Of a DNA stretch of 64,000 nt, positions 61,344 through 64,000 are shown one piece after another. The number at the start of each line of letters is the position of its first letter. Within the stretch, counting starts at the first letter, position 1. The notes under the pieces are model-generated. The model made no database searches, was not told where the DNA came from, and saw only the letters and a program-made list of their open reading frames with translations. The position numbers and the translations under genes were made by a program. Where the stretch lies: positions 29,078,001 through 29,142,000 of the forward strand of contig JAGIQG010000021.1 in assembly GCA_024679065.1 (NCBI GenBank), given 5' to 3'. The DNA is from Sphyrna mokarran (lineage: Eukaryota).

Positions 61344-62259
61344 TGTAACAAGCTTACAACTAGCTTTTGTTTTGTTTTAAAGAGCAAAATGGGTGAGAGG
61401 GAAGGAGGGATGCAATGGCCTATGCACCAGCTGCAACAAGTTCATTTGTGTTTCACCCGATGTCAATTACGTTCTGTTCGCCTGTTCAAACAGTTAGAAT
61501 CCTGGACCTAAACTCCAAGGTATATTATGAAGCCACATCACACCCCAACAATTTTTTTTGGCTTAAATGTGAGGATAGAATGCTTAGCTAAAGGGGTGGT
61601 TCCACGACAAATTAGGGATCTGCTATCAAAATAAGCTTTATTCATGTGGCAGTTTAAGTATAACTAACAAAATGAGGCAGTTTAACTTTTAAGAGTTGAA
61701 CAATAGTTAAAATGAAAGGGAATAACTCCAGTTTCTAATTTATCACTATTTCAGTTCCAAATAAGCAACAATTCTCTTAGACTTGCATAACATTTCAAAT
61801 TCAATTAGCAAACCTAAAAATACTTGATATAAATTGCTAATAGCCTTGAAGCTTTGAGAGGTTTTGATACTCAGAGTAGCTTGCAGACTTCTATCTTTAA
61901 GCAAACCCCAGCCAGAAACTAAAACTGTTTCTCTGCTACAAACCTAGCTCCTCCCATTAATCACATTATCAAATGACCCTGCATACATAATCAAAAATCC
62001 TAGCTTCCAGTCCTTTAATCAAAAAACTCTAGGGGGCTTTTTCATTTCTAAACAAAAATCCAGTAGCTCTCTCCTAAATAAAATGGCTAAAATGAATAAT
62101 TATCTGGCTTTCCCAGCATCTGAGCTGTATTCTTTTCGGATATTCCAACTGCCTGTCGAAAACAAAACAGAATTATAAAACGCCCTTAAACATAAAATGT
62201 ATCAATCTGTACATTGTAAAATGGTTTGCACAAAATTACTGTTCATGCACAATGTTACA
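61344..62259 (-). mobile_element. Candidate solo LTR (916 bp)
   Basis: Perfect 7-bp inverted termini TGTAACA (61344-61350) / TGTTACA (62253-62259); flanks TTCTA / TTTTA (4/5 TSD); minus-strand AATAAA at 61637-61642. Confidence 0.55.
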
Positions 62260-63054
62260 TTTTAGTACCACTGGTTTTCCCAACTTAAATGGAGAAGATA
62301 CAAGCCAAGTGGTCACGTAATGATGCAGCTACTAAAAGGATCAAATGTTGGAAATGCAATAACATTCACCAGAGCACGGATAGAGTGGAAAAATGTAAGA
62401 ACTGCTTAGTGTATTTAATAAATCATTGTTGTTATAAATCCTTGGTTGCCAGCACTTCTACAGTAACGAAAGCTAATTGCTAATATATCAATAATGTGGT
62501 AAACGATACCTGTAATTGTCAAATCTGCCATAGTCAGCAATGTTATTGGCTCATCAAACAAATAACATGTAAAGATAATTATACTCACAAATCAAGTATG
62601 ATTACATCAGTGTCTCAAAACCCAGGAAGAGAGAATTGAATAATGAGACTCAATCACATTGTGTACGAAGATGGCTGACTGCTGACTAACTTGTCTTCTT
62701 AGTTATGTCTCCTTTTAAAACTAAGCAAGCTGAACTCAAAAAAGGCTTGTACTGCCCTTCATCTTTTGAGAAAAACATCAAATTTTGAAATATTCTCAGA
62801 CTAAAAGGCACCTGATCTTTAGTTGGCTGCCTTCCAGAAATAGACACTAATAATTTTATGTTTTCTTCTGGAATTGACATTCTAGCAGCAACTCAAATCC
62901 TGTAGTCATATTTTAAATGTCAAGGTTCATGCCTGATTGCTTTTGCATGTTAATGCTAATTACTGCATCTCAAATTTTGCACTGAATGTAATAATTTCTT
63001 TATACTATTGTATAAAGGGCAACAGGAGCAGGTGCTTGATAACACCGGCATTTT

Positions 63055-63275
63055 ACAAGTTCCCCTCCAAGCCGTTCACATCCTGGCTTGGAAATATCAT
63101 CACGGTGACGGAATCAAAATCCTGGAACTCTCTCCCTAACAGCACTATGGGTGTACCTGCACCGCATGGACTACCGCAGTTCAAAAAAGGCAGCTCAGCA
63201 TCAGCTTCACAAGGGCAATTTGGGATGGGCCAACCAGTGAAGCCCATATTCTGTGAAAGAATAAATTAAAAATAA
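63055..63275 (+). mobile_element. LINE family B 3' end
   Basis: CAAAATCCTGGAACTCTCTCCCTAACAGCAC...CAAGGGCAATTTGGGATGGGC; translation SKSWNSLPNSTMG. Confidence 0.8.
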
Positions 63276-63504
63276 ATCTTAAAAAAATGAATGTAACAAA
63301 TTTTATGGTTGGTTTTATGGAATCACCCTTGTTTCAGGAAACTCCACCCATCAGGTGGACTTATTGCAAAAGCACAGATGTTCCCTTTGATTTGTTGTTC
63401 ATTAACATTCATGGACAGAAAATCATGGATTATGTTTGCAAATTCCCAATATGCATTCCCGGAAGGTGAGGGCTCCTTGCTGGAAGTGTCCACACCTCAG
63501 AACC

Positions 63505-63735
63505 ATAGAATCATAGAAAATTACAGCTCAGAAACCAGCCTTTTGGCCCTTCTTGTCTGTGCCGAACCATTTTTTGCCTGGTCCCACTGACCTGCACTTG
63601 GACCGTGTCCCTCCACACGCCTCTTATCCATGAACCTGTCCAAGTTTTTCTTAAATGTTAAAAGTGACCCCGCATTCACCACTTTATCCGGCAGCTCATT
63701 CCACACTCCCACCACTCTCTGCATGAAGAAGCTCC
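63505..63735 (-). mobile_element. CR1 LINE 3' end, well preserved
   Basis: FFMQRVVGVWNELPDKVVNAGSLLTFKKNLDRFMD on the minus strand; (CATAGAAT)n terminus. Confidence 0.9.
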
Positions 63736-64000
63736 ACCCCCCCAAGCATTTAACTCTGTTTGTAATAACCACACAACTGAGTAATTAAAGCAACATTGGG
63801 GTTCAAAATGTTCATTTCAATTGAATGAAAGAAAATTATTTCTTATTAATTACATGACAAGAATTAGGCTCAAAGAGTGACAGTTTTGGTATGTTCTCCC
63901 ACTGCAGTTATTAAACTGGCCTCCCACTATACTCTGAGGGAAATAGGCCATTTAAGAGTTCTTCTGTTAGCTATATTGAAACAATTCTGAATTACGGAAA

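Overview
Repeat-dense, AT-rich vertebrate non-coding DNA. The repeat complement (HE1-type V-SINEs with CR1/HER1-type tails, Deu-domain SINEs, CR1, Rex1, RTE and Penelope-like relics) points to a cartilaginous fish, probably a shark; this is inferred from repeat recognition, not from a search. I could not recognise any host protein-coding exon, so the window looks like a gene desert or large intron, and almost all listed ORFs are repeat-derived or chance. Best observations: (1) four short Penelope-like fold-back insertions with 10-13 bp target-site duplications, three carrying hammerhead-ribozyme-like cores whose stem II differs in sequence but stays paired, one being a near-perfect 226-bp palindrome (15700-15925); (2) a ~100-nt unique stretch with clustered GTGCCTT(A) motifs (miR-124 seed matches) plus an RFX X-box near 7.1 kb; (3) a four-level nested transposon stack at 16.2-20 kb; (4) one V-SINE body carrying two alternative LINE-derived tails; (5) three candidate solo LTRs and a Gypsy pol relic. 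Repeat boundaries were read by eye and are approximate unless motif coordinates are given.
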